Source of the DNA: the human T2T-CHM13v2.0 reference genome, Homo sapiens | Strand: one strand, 5' to 3' | Length of the DNA: 64,000 nucleotides | NCBI RefSeq assembly: GCF_009914755.1 | Contig: NC_060933.1 | In this document: positions 41,645 through 55,444 of the stretch, in pieces | Numbering within the stretch: the first letter of the stretch is position 1 | How the letters are laid out: each line of letters opens with the position of its first letter | The notes under the pieces: model-generated | Told to the model about the DNA's origin: nothing | The model's input: only the letters and a program-made list of their open reading frames with translations | The model's database searches: none | Position numbers and translations under genes: made by a program

Positions 41645-41816
41645 ATAAAATATTATTTGATTAGTTCACTGTCAATCAGATATTCTGTTACTTATAGCCA
41701 AAATGCTGCTCTTTCAATTCCATACTTGAAAGTTATCTGTTAGAATAACTTGTAGCAGTAAGTACAACAATCTCTCTGATCTTGGTTATCTCATCTTTAA
41801 AAAGGGAGATGAAAAC
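41645..41816 (+). repeat. Dispersed direct repeat, copy 1 (~172 bp; probable derived copy)
   Basis: Matches 42969-43139 with 5 substitutions and one 1-bp indel. Confidence 0.95.
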
Positions 41817-42968
41817 CCTGAATATATGTTCATCGAGCTTTTTCTCCTATAAAAGGAGACAATGACTATATGAGATTCACTATTTGAAATTGTTCTCTTT
41901 GTACACCAAATTCTTCTTCTAATTATATGCTATGAGCATTCTGCTTCATCTGCTTCAGCCACATGAAACAGAAAGGCTAGTAGGAATTGTGCCAACATTA
42001 ATTCTACAAACCTGCTGGAAATGTGAATTCTCAGGGATATCTGGAAAGTACTTTACTGGAATGTAAAAAAGCATATCTATTCCAGAGATTTGATATGTCC
42101 ATAACTTCTAAAATAGATACTACAAGCTGGTGAGAAATTTTTTAGAATAAAAGAAAGGGCTAATGAAATACAGAAGATAAAGAGAACATTTTAATAGAAG
42201 AGTTGGGGAAGACCAAATGCAGCAGGATCTTGTAGAAAGATGTGCAGTTATTTCATAAAATAAAAGACATCTTAAAGCTATTGTTTGCTAGCTATGGGAA
42301 TATACAGCATCTTGTACTGGAAGGACAGGGCTTAGAACAACACAGTTCTGGGTATTTGTGCCCAGGTTCTATGGGCTCATAAATACATGTCCAAGAGGAA
42401 CCCCAGAGCCTTATAAACTTAGGGCAAGTCATGGGTGACATGGTGCACTGCTATAAACTTTTGCTGTTTTTAACTATGAACACAAATTCATAGAATTAAC
42501 ATTTATTATCAGTGTGGATGGGTGGCAAATCTCATCTGTGCATCATCGAAGACAGAGCTCATCTATCATGTCAACAGCTTCATTTGTTTCTTTAAAGAGG
42601 CTTTCTTTGAGAAAAAGGATTTTATTTGTTTACTTTAGCTGGTCTTCTCTGAGTATATGTAGCTTACTCATGACTCTAAATGGATCACCTCATGGTGGCT
42701 GTATTTCCAAATGATTCTGTACTCACTTTTGACTTCCACAGTTGCCCTTCTGGATGAAATTACACTCTGGGACAAGTGGTGAATGTTTCTCCAGGAACTT
42801 TTAGGTTTTGACAATTTTAGGCCATTTATTCTGTCAACTTCAGTCTAAGTGATCTAGACCTGCAGCCATCCTGTGCCCATGATAAGAATCACAGAGAAGT
42901 GGACCCAAGCATCCGGCTGAACAAATCCTTAAATTACTTAATTCCAGACTTCTCGTTATTTAAAAAAT

Positions 42969-43139
42969 ATAAAATATTATTTGATTAGTTCACTGTCAAT
43001 CAGATATTCTGTTACTTGTAGCTAAAATGCTACTCTTTCAATTCCATACTTGAAAGTATCTGTTAGAATAACTTGTAGCAGTAAGTACCACAATCTCTCT
43101 GATCTTGGTTATCTCATCTTTAAAAAGGGAGAGGAAAAC
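42969..43139 (+). repeat. Dispersed direct repeat, copy 2 (probable donor; continues into a MIR to ~43225)
   Basis: Same sequence as copy 1. The MIR continues uninterrupted only here (...ACCTGCTCTGGAAAGTTGTTGAG...CATAGTAGATGCTCAATAAT). Confidence 0.95.
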
Positions 43140-46109
43140 ACCTGCTCTGGAAAGTTGTTGAGACAATATATGTGAAACAAACCTGATATGCTGCCTGTAA
43201 CATAGTAGATGCTCAATAATATTTCCTTTTACTGGCTTGGTTCTGCTAGAGGTAATACTTGTTCAAATTGTTTAACCATCTATTCATCAACTTGTAACTC
43301 TCTTGAATGAGGATAATATTAATATCTTCCATCTTTTTTTTGACTTTCCACATATAATCTATTATGCTAATGGAATATGTGTTAAAAACAGTTTTACTAC
43401 TTTTCCCTATGCTTGTAGACTTAGGACATAGATTAGTAACTAAGTGCTCCATTAATTCTTCCAGGCCCTTAGAACACAATAAAATAAAGTATTTACTATA
43501 GAGCAATATAGAGCTAAATACAAGTGTTGTGAAAACATTTTTATAGAATGATGTGGGACCACAGGATCATATTATTCTAGAACATTTAGGGCCAGAAGGG
43601 CACTTAGAAGCACTTAGCCTAATTTCCGTATATAGATGAGAAAACAAATATGGGGTAGGAGGAAGTAACTTTACCCAAAGTCAAATAGATAATAGGACCA
43701 GATTATTCTGCAAAAGAAGATTTTTTCTGGGTGAAAAACAAGAACATTCAGGCAATAAAATCTTATAAAACTCTAAAAGAGACTATGGGCTATTTGCTCC
43801 TAGAATTTGTATTTTAAAATAATCTATTCTATTTGAATAATGATTAAAGAAAACACAAGATGGTGTTTTGTCATTTCAATTCAATTAATGAATTTAGATA
43901 CAATTCAATGGGGCAAATACATAAAAAGATCACAGGCATATTTTTGTAAAAAATTTAGTCTTCTGCTTTTCTGTTTAAAAACGTTTTCATTCCGGGAATA
44001 TTTTCTCTACAGAAACACAGAGCAAATTTTGCACCAGGAGCAAAATTTTTAATGCTATGTGATGAAATCAACATTGTTAATAAAATAGAATTGCATAAAA
44101 TAGGATTTGGTTTAAGGCAAATATTTTCTTGATGGGAAGGCTGAGTCAAAGATTCAGACTAGATTGGAATATGGATCTTTCAGCTAACTCTGTGTCTGAA
44201 CTCTGTAGTGCTACCATGCACCATGCCTTATTTAGAATATAAACTCTGAAGTTGCTGGTGATGTTCCACATCGGCAACTCTATGTGTTGCTTTTACCTTT
44301 GCCTGGGATTGTGTAAGTGAATATGAAATAAGGATTTCAAGAAAGTTCAGGTGCACATGTCAAGCATGGGCAGGCACATAAGAGCCACATGTTCTTGGAA
44401 AGCCCCTGGATTTATAGTAAACTGTGAGCCTGTGTACAATGCCCATGCTTAAATGCGGGTTCTCCAGTCAAGTCAGCCAGTCTAAGCACTTTCACAAATG
44501 GACCTTCAGTGTGATCTGGATTACAAGACCTTTCTCTATATAACATACAAACCTCTCTCCAAAAATAAAATTTATTTGAAAATATTGTCCTTTCCAATAA
44601 GCTCATTACTATCTACAGAGGACCATGGAATAGCCTCCAAGCCTCACATGTGGAATGCCCCAGCAGCTTGTTCAAGTTTCATGAGCTCATCTGTTGTCTT
44701 TTGCTAACAACTCCTCACACCTCCTCCCCTGCACCCTCTACATACACACAGGTCTTCCAGTATTTAAAGAATTTTTAGAGAAGGGAGGTGATTGCAAGCT
44801 CGAGCCAAGCCAAATTCCACAGCTGGCCCACACACGTTGCTTCACATGTCCAGTGATCGGTCAGGGAGGTCATGGCCACGTGTTTGCAAAGTATATTTAG
44901 ACCCCTTATCAAAGAAGTAGACTCTCATCATGGGCCGTAAGTTCTTCTTCATGCATGTTAAATGCTGTTCATGGAAAAGTGAAGCCCCTGGATTTTCAGA
45001 CTCAGAGGTTTTATGTTTGTTTTAGGGAAAAAAGCTCAATGATCTCCTCTCTCAAAGCATCAAAATAATAGAAAATTAAAGAAAACCACTCTGTGTCACT
45101 GCAGTGTTTTCTGTTGGTGGGAACTTTTTTGGAATGACTAGTGAATTGAGTAACTTTTGAATGTGGTGCTTTTATTTCTGGGAATAAAGAAGCAAGAATG
45201 GTCAATGTCACCGTAACCTCTTAAGCTGTTTGTCCCATCTTGCTAGGGATGAACAAAGCAAGATATTTTACCCAATTAAAAGTGGCCAAGATTGACTTTC
45301 CGTCTCTGTCTTATCTGAGTGAAGAATATCACAGTTTCAGAATCACATTTACATGCATTTCCTCATTTTATTCTCACACCTCCAGGTATTACTGTTTTCC
45401 CATCATACAGATGGCAAAACCAAGGCTTGGAGAGGAGTATGCTTTCTTGCTCATGGTTTCACATTAAAGAGCAAAAGCTAGGATTTTATCTTGGACAAAG
45501 AACCAGGCTTTATTCTGGAAAATAGTTTACCCATGGGGCTGTTTCTCAGAGCAATTTCAAAGGATTTCCAATAATAATTTGAGCAATTATTTCATTTGAT
45601 AATCATGATGTTCCCTGAGGTGATTCTCCTAAAGGAGCCATCATTCACTTTGACACTGAAGTCCAGGATATTTACTGCTGAGAGCTCCATCCCTTTTCTG
45701 GGCCCGTTCCCTAGTTCTGTGTCCAATGCTCTTCCCCTCTACCTCAGTGCCTCAGTGATTTCTGTCTTTGTTCTTGTGGAAAGAATGCTGTTAGATGACC
45801 CTTTCTGGTAGAAGCATCCTACAATGAGGTGACAAAGAAGCTCCAAACATGTCTTCCCAAAAGAAAGGGAAGAAAAAAATTGACCCCAAAGCTGCACGAG
45901 CCAAGCAAAATTCCTAAGCTTTCTCTGCTTAAGTAAGTGACTCTAATATGGATTGGACAGATCTATCTGTCTACTGGAAAGGGAAGGGTATGGTAGAAGA
46001 TTACATGGCTATACAGTTCTACAATTATTACAGGACATGGTCTAGCAATTAGTGTCCAAGTTAGAGCATAAAACTTTCAGCCTGTCAATCAATGAATTGA
46101 GGGCAGGTG

Positions 46110-46335
46110 GTTTACATAGTGAGAAGACATGGGCTTTGGATTCAGATTTTGTCTTTGAAGTTCTAGGCCACAGCAAGCTACAGGATGTCAATTAAGTAGA
46201 TCTCTTCTAAGTTCACGTCCTCTTCTGTAAAACTGGAATGAGGGCATCTATCTTATAGATTATTGGGAATTTTAAATAAAACTTTGAATGTAAAGAACTT
46301 AGCCAAGTACTTGATATATAGTAACAGTAATATTC
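46110..46335 (+). mobile_element. MIR
   Basis: CATAGTGAGAAGACATGGGCTTTGGATTCAGA...TCCTCTTCTGTAAAACTGGAATG...TGTAAAGAACTTAGC. Confidence 0.65.
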
Positions 46336-47009
46336 TTACTAGCAATAATAAGAACTTGAAAGGCTGTGTGGTGTACTGGAAAGATAGTCAGGGGGAGTCA
46401 AAGACTTGAACTTGTGTAATAATTCAGCTTTTAGCCAAGGGATTTATGGTCATGGACTCTTGTAATAAACTGTGGGAATAGAATAGGACTTATCTGAGAT
46501 TCCTTTCAGTTCTAAGCCTTCAATTATTCTAGTGCTTGAGTTTGCCTGTGATACTGTGCATAGGATAAATGGAAATCCCAGGTACCCACCTTCCCACCAA
46601 GTCAGTCCTGGTGCCATCTAACATGTATCTTATTTAGACTCCATAAAGTCTAATGTGCATTTGATTTAGACTCCATGAAGCCACTGAATTTACCCCTGTG
46701 TCTTCTTACAAGAATTTAGAAATTCCTTCTACCTCTATTTTTTTGTTTATGGATTTAGCAGCAATGTGGGAACATGTGGTTTCTGGGGAAGGATGATTGA
46801 CAGTTGATGACAGTGACAGTGCCCAGGACATGGGCATTTACATAGGTTACTCCTTGTTCCCTTGTCAATTTGTATGACTCGTGGGGGAATTAGAAGCAAT
46901 AGTAATCTCTCAATGCTAAATCTAGCAATCCTTTTACGGTGCTTATCTTTCTTAGTAAATCAAAAACATTAAATCCTACCATGACCACAGTGGTGGCATC
47001 CCTATTATG

Positions 47010-47435
47010 TGTGTCTTAGTTGGAGTTCACCAGAAACAAAACTGGAGATGAGAATTCAGATGCCTATAATTTGAGGAAGTACATTTAAGAAAAATCAATC
47101 AGTCAATGGGGAGGCAGGAACAAGCCAAGTAGCGGTGCCATCTCAAGTGATGTCTCAGCTTCAATGTGATCCCTGAGGGGATCTCTGCCAGAGTCTGTCT
47201 CCACGCAGAACAAGGGATTGAGCTTTCACACATCCACACCAGACAGACAGTCATTGGCTGTGTGTCACTCTGGGGAGTTGGGAGTCATAAACCTCCTAGG
47301 CCCTTCCAGCTCTTTTAACATGGGAAAAGCAGCTCCAATAATCTTGGATCAGTCCTCTGAAGAGAGTCAAAGGTGCAGGCTGTTTGTAATTAAGAACTGA
47401 GGACATCTGGGAAGGGCACCAACAGTGTCCAGTGA
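47010..47435 (-). mobile_element. Ancient ERVL LTR (LTR33/LTR16-like)
   Basis: TGTCTTAGTTGGAGTTCACCAGAAACA... start and GGGCACCAACAGTGTC end. Confidence 0.55.
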
Positions 47436-48276
47436 TCTTTTATATCTCTTTTGAACACATTCCTTTGTCCATTTTCTACATTCCCCTGATTATAACATAA
47501 TAAAGCTGGAGATTTTGGAATCTTTATCTGTAAATTTGAGCTCTTACTAAAACTTGTAACTCCCTTTATATCAAAATTTGACACAATATCAACATTTTCC
47601 CCCTGGCTAAGGATTGCCTTAGTAGGGGGCAGTGGGGAGCATTTCCTGTGGCTGACTCTGAGTCATCTGCTTGACCACTGCTGCTGCAATGGCCAGCGCC
47701 CCCTGCTCTCCACTGGGCTATGAGCCACTCCTCACTGTGGGGAAGGCTGTGGTAGTAGCTCAGTCTATGGATCCAGACTGGGCCATGCTGTGGGCAGACC
47801 TGTTGTCTTGTTATGACATCTCCAATTTGCCTCTATATACCACACAAAGTTTGAAGACTTCATAGAAGGGTTGTGAAAAAAAATAGGGTTTTGTAATACA
47901 TGACTTTAAAATTGCATATTTAGTACGATTTTTTCCATAGCTAAGAAGTTAACCGTTCATAAGAGCTGTCTTCACAGAACCAGTTCCTTAACTTGCTCTT
48001 TGGTGCCCAGATTCTTGTCTGTCTTCATGGAAATTCAGTAAACTTCCAAGGTACAAATCTCCAGTCTCTTTTTGGAAAACCCTACCTTCTATCCATTGGG
48101 GCTTTGTCTCATCTTCACTAGGTTCCATTATCTTACATCACTGGGCTCTTTGTGGGATACAGTGCTTCCCAATGGTGCATTTCCTAAGTCTGGGTTTTCA
48201 TGTCTGGAACAACATTCACTATAAGAGTGAAAATCAGCATTGTGGAAAAACGCATGAGCAGGGTGGTCTACCACTG

Positions 48277-48326
48277 ACACACATACACACACACACACAC
48301 GCGTGCACACACACACACACACATGC
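48277..48326. repeat. (CA)n/CG alternating purine-pyrimidine tract
   Basis: ACACACATACACACACACACACACGCGTGCACACACACACACACACATGC. Confidence 0.9.
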
Positions 48327-48534
48327 TCTTCCCCAACCCAAGTTTTAAGAAAAAAGATTGTTAGATACTATATGGTCTATATAAAGAAGAGGAAATTCAT
48401 TTTGTCAAATGCTCCATACTCTATTAGGCCACTTCTTTCCACAATGGCAATAGTAATTTGTGTTTCTGTAGAGACAGCTGTGGTTCTTTTTGTTTATCCT
48501 TAGCCCCTACACCTTACCTTTGAAATTGTGACCT

Positions 48535-48956
48535 AGTGGTAGAGGCCAACTATCTGTTTAACAAAGTTATTTCCTTATCTTCTTGGCCTCATAGTTATTT
48601 CCATATTTCTGAGCCTCTCTTACAGTTAAGTTATAGCAACGTGACTGAATTCTGGCCAAAGAAATGTGGGCAAAAGTGATCTATACCATTTTTAGGCTTG
48701 GTCCCTAGAGCTCTTCTATAAAATTTTTCATTCTCTCTCTTGTTCCCTGCTAATTGGGCAATACTACTAGGATGGCCTTGGAAGCCAAGATGAAAGAATT
48801 TTCATAATCCTGGGTCCCTGAATGACTGCATGGAGTCCCCCCTTCTCCTGCCAGTGGCAACTGAATGCAAATGAGTGAAAAAATAAATTCTATAATGCTA
48901 GGCCACTGAAATTTGATAGACTTTCTATTCATAGGAGCTACTATTGCCCTAACACA
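48535..48956 (+). mobile_element. MaLR LTR (MLT1I/J-like)
   Basis: GTGACTGAATTCTGGCCAAAGAAATGTGGGCAAAAGTGAT...AATAAATTC...GCCACTGAAATTTG. Confidence 0.7.
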
Positions 48957-49159
48957 TGCCTTTCCTTGAAATAAGTAATGGCCCCATTTTTGGCCACATA
49001 CTTCTTAATGGCTTGTTTTATTCATTACACAAACATCTAGCTACTTATAAAGCCTAACTAAGTTCTTAGTCAAATCACTATGGCTTCTGGATGTGGCGTA
49101 TAGGGGTAAGGATGCAGCAAGGAGGATAGGCCATACAGTTACATGTTTTCATGACAAAT

Positions 49160-49905
49160 ATCTCTGAACGCTGGACACAGTGAAATCTGAACTCATCATC
49201 TACAAGCATGCTCTTCTGGTTTATTTTTAATTTCAATAATTAGCATTACACTTATAATTACTCAGACCAGTTTCCTTCTTTCCCTACATTTTCTAATATA
49301 ATTAGTCAGAGTCCTTTTGATTCTATATTTTCAACATTCCTCACATCTATCTCTTACCTTCTTCCCATTTTTACTCTCACTATTGTAGATCTGACCCTCA
49401 TTATTTCTTATCTGTATTATTACCCTGGCCTTGTAACTCCTCAGTTTCTTCCAAAGTATTCTACATCTTACTGCCAGATTAATCTTTTCAAAGCTTGATT
49501 CTGATTATATCATTTCTCTATTAAAAAACCTTCAACAATTCTCCGTTAGCAGACACAAGTGTTCATATTACTTTGTGAGAAATTCAGGGTACTCCATGAC
49601 CTGATTCCAAGCCAAATTTCCAGCCTATCACCCACTACTCTTCTTTATATGACTTGTATTCCATCCAGCCACACTGGATGGGTCACTGTTCCTTAAGCAT
49701 GCATTATTTCCTAACTGTTTACCTTAGCTCTCTTTAAATGATTTCTCTCACTATTCAATTTCCTCTATGCCCATTGCTGCCTGTCAAAATGCTGCCTTCC
49801 TTCAGGGCTCGGATCAAATACCTCCATGAAATCTTTTCTGATCTCCTCAGCAAGAAGGAATGCCAATAACACTCTGCATATCCCTTCGTTTTGGCACTTG
49901 TGACA
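49160..49905 (+). mobile_element. L2 fragment
   Basis: CTGCCAGATTAATCTTTTCAAAG...TCTGATTATATCATTTCTCTATTAAAAAACCTTCAAC and CTTCCTTCAGGGCTCGGATCAAAT match L2 3' motifs. Confidence 0.65.
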
Positions 49906-50238
49906 TTTTACTTTGACGTGTAGAGGCAACAAATTCTAGTGCATTTGGTGTCGGCTAACTTTGCCCATTTATTTAAGATTTCTTTTTATACTTCCATTAT
50001 TAAATCCTAATGGTACAAATTCACACTATCTATTTACACTTATGTAGTATTTCTCTCAGTGTTTCTAGTCTAGTCTAGCCAAAACTTTTATAAATTGTAT
50101 CTTGAGTCTTTTGTTGAACAAAATTATTTGCTTACTTGTTTCAGAATGGAAATGTTCTGGAAATCTCCACATATAATTTTGTAGTACTATCAATTTGGGA
50201 ATTTAGATCTCATCATTTTTTTAACCTCAAATAAAGCC

Positions 50239-50239
<1 letters not shown>

Positions 50240-50278
<39 letters not shown>
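50240..50278. repeat. (CA)n microsatellite
   Basis: Direct read. Confidence 0.97.
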
Positions 50279-50279
<1 letters not shown>

Positions 50280-50453
50280 GAGAAAGGTGTTTTGCAAATC
50301 AGATTTCTTACAAAGTGATTCTTCTTCCTTTTGCTCTAAAGGCTCATCTAAGTGTGAGAAACCAGATGGTAAAGATCTAAGATGTATATGTGGTATACAT
50401 ATGGTTTATACTTTTTCATACAGCCTGACTTGCCTTTTGGTCAATTAAGATGA

Positions 50454-50799
<346 letters not shown>

Positions 50800-52755
50800 T
50801 CTTCTGTTCCTTTTAATGCCATTGGTCCAGTGCCCTGCCTCAGAACTATCTAGCAGTTAGGAAAGAAAACCACAGGGGAAGGGAATGACGAAAGATACGG
50901 AAATATTAAATAGACAACAGTTTAAAGCATGTGGACCACAATGAGAAGGTGTCACTCAGTATGAAGTGTTCATCTAGAAAAAAATCACTATTATCCATTT
51001 CCGTAATTATATCAATACAGAATAAAGTTAAGGGATTCAAGATCTTATGCCTGGCCTGTAGAAAGAACTGAAGGTGTACCCCTTCAGTGGGAAGAAAACT
51101 TGTTTAGGTTATTTCAGAGGCATCATAGGATTGAGGAGTGACATAATCCCTTTCTTGGAAGAGTCTGGCTGGATTTTGTGCCATTTTCGGAAAGTGTGGG
51201 TGATGCACCAAGAATGACAGACTGCTTGGAAAAAGAACTATGTGGAAACCTCCTAACCCCCTTGAGTTTTATCTGAGGAATATCAGGAGGGCAAAAAACC
51301 TCTAGGCATTAATGTACAAGTTCCTGTTAATCCTGATATTATAAAGTTGTGTGCCCGGAAAACTGAACAGCAAATTTTTCTGATCCCATGGGGACTGTGT
51401 ACATTTAGATGGAATCTTAAATAGTCGCAAAGATTCCTATGTAGCATGTTCCATCTTGTCTCAAGTTGCAGGAGGGTATTTCATGGGAAGAAAAGGAATG
51501 ATGCAAATGAAAGGATTGTAAGAAGCTGTGTTGAATCAAGGAGGCTATAGGGAGTTGTTCAAATAGAAATGAAGCATACTTTATTTTTGAAACTCTTTAA
51601 TATTGTCATTGCCTCTGAGCACTCTAAGCTTGTGTAATTTGTGGCGGGAGGATGGGATCTGGTTTATAATTCCGTGTTCTCTGAGGTTTTGATGCTGATG
51701 GAGAAGGCAATGGCAGATTGAGTAATCTGGCAGATTGAGATTGTACCTTTATATTGAATTACTCAATCTCTCTCTCTCTGTCTCATTCATATTCTCTCTC
51801 TCTCTCTCATTTCTGACTTTCTGGGAGAGAGCATTCTGCTCCTTTTAAATAATCTTTCCCAATTCTGCTGGGCTGTCTTTCTTACTCTCCATATACCTTC
51901 TCTTCTTTCACTGCTATTGCTGGCAGCCAAGTTCATCTAAATAAAAGTAAACATGTTTCTGGCAAATTGACAAGTAGTAAATAAGATCAGCCTCTTCTCT
52001 TCAAAAGGCCAAACAAAGGTAAGTTGATTAGCTTAATTCAAGATGGAAGTTGAATTCTAGAAGAAAAACAAAAACAAAAACAAAATAAAAACCAGACCTT
52101 TCAAAGAAACCCACTCTGTCCTACTGACCTGACCGAGGCTGCATGCCTAAAGCCCTTGTCTCCTGCAGGGTGGGGTTATGTTATATAATTCTACTTTCTC
52201 ACTTTCTCACAGCTTCTTGCTGGTGACTTTTGAATGAACACACTAGAAATATTGGTCATCAAAGGAGCTGATAGAGAATGTTGATGATACCATCCTTGCT
52301 GAAAAAATATCTCAATGTGACACCTTCTGGACTTGTAGGCAGAAATGTATTTTGAATTCTAAGCAGTTCAAAATAATGACCTGGAGAAGGGGGTGGAATG
52401 AGGGCAAGAATGCTAATTTTAACTACTTTTAGGCTTTTGAATAAAACCTCTTTGTGATCAGTTTACTTTTTTAATCCTTTAAGGAGTCCTGGACCCCAGT
52501 GTCTGGTCTGGGGAGGCAGGGCTAAATGCAAACTCCTCTTAGCCCGGCGACACCTACATGGTTAACTAGAAGCACACATGGGTCCAGTTATTCTAATTAA
52601 AAACAAACCTTAATGAAAAGATATCTGCATCGTGTCCCAATACCTCCATGTCCAACAAGTTATCAGCGGGATGTGTGGAATGAAAAGGTCTTCCAGCAGC
52701 CCGGGCTCATCACTGCCTGGTGATTTAATTCAAGAGCCCAGATCATAAATTGGAC

Positions 52756-52765
52756 TTGACGTCAA
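52756..52765. promoter_or_regulatory. Full CRE palindrome (TTGACGTCAA) in a locally CpG-retaining unique segment; candidate enhancer
   Basis: Motif read directly; about ten CpGs in 52540-52905 against a CpG-poor background. Function is inferred only. Confidence 0.35.
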
Positions 52766-53869
52766 ACAGCAGCCAAGGCTGAGAATCCGCCTGGCCTGGG
52801 TGTGCTGGGCTTGCTGTGGGCTGACTAACCAGCAGGCATGCTGTCACGTCTGGGTCATCTGCTGTCAGCGGACAGTTCCCTGTGGGAGGTCCAGGTTGCG
52901 AGCACTGCTGTAGTCTAGACAGGAGGTGACAAACATGTTGACCTTTGGGACAAGATTGATCTCTTTGTTTTTTGACAGGAGACCTTTCCAGAGTGGAATC
53001 TCAGGAGGAAGAGTCTAGAAGTTTCATCATTTGTGAACGGAATCAAACCTATGTGTCTGCTCCACCCAGACTGGAATGCCAGTTTCTTGAGTTTGATATT
53101 TTAGAGTTAAGGAGTGATGTTTATTTACTTTATCAGTTTTCCTGAAATATTTGGACTCCAGGATGGGGGAGGGTGGCAGGAGGGGGGAGGGAGGAAGGAA
53201 AAGGGGGAAAATAACTTACTTTAATGGTGTGTCAACTCTGAAACCAACTCTAGGAAAGTTGCTTTTCCACATACTACTTCATTTAAACCTCATACAATGT
53301 TAGGAGGTTTGCATCATCACCCTCATGTTAAAGAGGCAAATTAAGAGGCTTAGAGCTGATCAGACCTTCCCCAAGGCCACACAGCAAATAGTTGCTAAAG
53401 TCCAGATCTGAGCCTTGGTTGATTTCAATATTATGCCACAATGCCTTCCCAGGGTGTGTTATTTCTGATACAGTGACAATGATTTCAGCTCTTCCTGCCA
53501 CTTGGGGGGTTATAAAAATGTCAAAATAATTTTTAAAATAGACCTTTGCTTCCCCTCAAATCATGTAACTTTAAGTAAAATGAAACTAGTCTCCTCACTT
53601 TGTAGCTATGGTAGTAGTCATCTGGTTACCCCAAAAGAAAATGGAGATTGTTTTGTGAAGGAGGTGAAGTAGGAATTGATGTAGACCAATGTGTCCTAAA
53701 GTATATTCCATGGGACGTTAGCCCATGGAATGGCTAAGGGTTGGGAAACTTGGCATAAAATACCCATTTTGTGGACAGTCACATGATTGGATTTGCATTT
53801 TGTTGAAATCCAAAAATCCAAGTTTCTCAAACTTATGAATTATGCAATCTTTCCTCCCTGGAAAACTGA

Positions 53870-54263
<394 letters not shown>

Positions 54264-55158
54264 CTTGTTTCAGTTTTAATGGTAGTAATGTTTCCCTGGA
54301 TCTAGACTCAGAAGCTTTATTAACTTCATCCAGTCAACAAGAACAGGATCTATTATCCAGGTTTTTAGCTACTTGCTGTGGCCCAGGCTCTGACCTATTT
54401 AGAAATACAAGGATGATCTCAAACAGCTTGAGAATGACTTGAATCCTGTTTTGAAGATGTTGAAGATATTTTAAATCTGAAAGAAATATACAAAGCTGGA
54501 TATATAGTTTTCTAAATTGTATAGCATGTGTTTCCTTATACCCATAAATCTAAAACTTTTTCATAGACCATCTTTCAGTAATGTGTGATTATCAAGCACA
54601 AATGTTCTAAATCTAGAGGCCGTGGAACTTCTGCAGATAAGAAAAACAACAAAACCTAAACTAAACAACATAAACCTAAACTAAAATGCTCTTGAGCCAT
54701 CAGGCAAAATGGGACTTTTCTCTTTTTGTCTTTCTTTTCCTTATCCCCCTTGGCTTTCCATTCTTCCTCCACCTTCTTTCTCCCTTCTACACCTTGTCTT
54801 CACATCTGACCTCATCTATATCTGTCTTCATCTGAACACTTTGTCACTATGGGAATAGATGTGATAATCATGCATACATAGACAATTCCATATCCAAAAG
54901 TCATCAACTATCTTCAAGCTGACTTCATGTACCTATAACTGACTGATCATTTTGAAAAGAGATTTCCATTGAGATCAACCAGGGTTTGGGGATTGCTAAA
55001 AACCATCCCGGCTGGAAATAAGTGTCAGCCACTACCTCATTGTATGGGCTAGCAAATAAGATTAGGCCATTATTCCAGTTATTTGTTTTGGACTTCTTCC
55101 TGTTTCTAATAGTGCACTAGAGATGCCTTTTATTTGATTTTTTAAAATAATTATATTT

Positions 55159-55444
55159 AGCTGGGAGTGGTGGCTCACACTTGTAATTCCAGCACTTTGG
55201 GAGGCCAAGGCGGGTGGATCATGAGGTCAAGAGGTCAAGACCAGCCTGACCAACATGGTGAAACCCCGTCTCTACTAAAAATACAAAAATTACCTGGGCG
55301 TGGTGGCACACACCTGTAATCCCAGCTACTCAGGAGGCTGAGGCAGGAGAATCACTTGAACAAGGGAGGTGGTTGCAGTGAGTGGAGATCGCACCACTGC
55401 ACTCCAGCCTGGGCAATACAGCAAGACTCTGTCTCAAAAAAAAA
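55159..55444 (+). mobile_element. AluS (Sg/Sc-like) followed by an AT-rich (TATAAA)n tract to ~55537
   Basis: Full dimer GCTGGGAGTGGTGGCTCAC...GACTCTGTCTCAAAAAAAA. Confidence 0.93.

Noticed and set aside
46622-46682. Short duplication ATTTAGACTCCAT(A/G)AAG, and similar micro-duplications near 51711 and 54645
   Set aside because: Ordinary slippage-type micro-duplications with no further structure.
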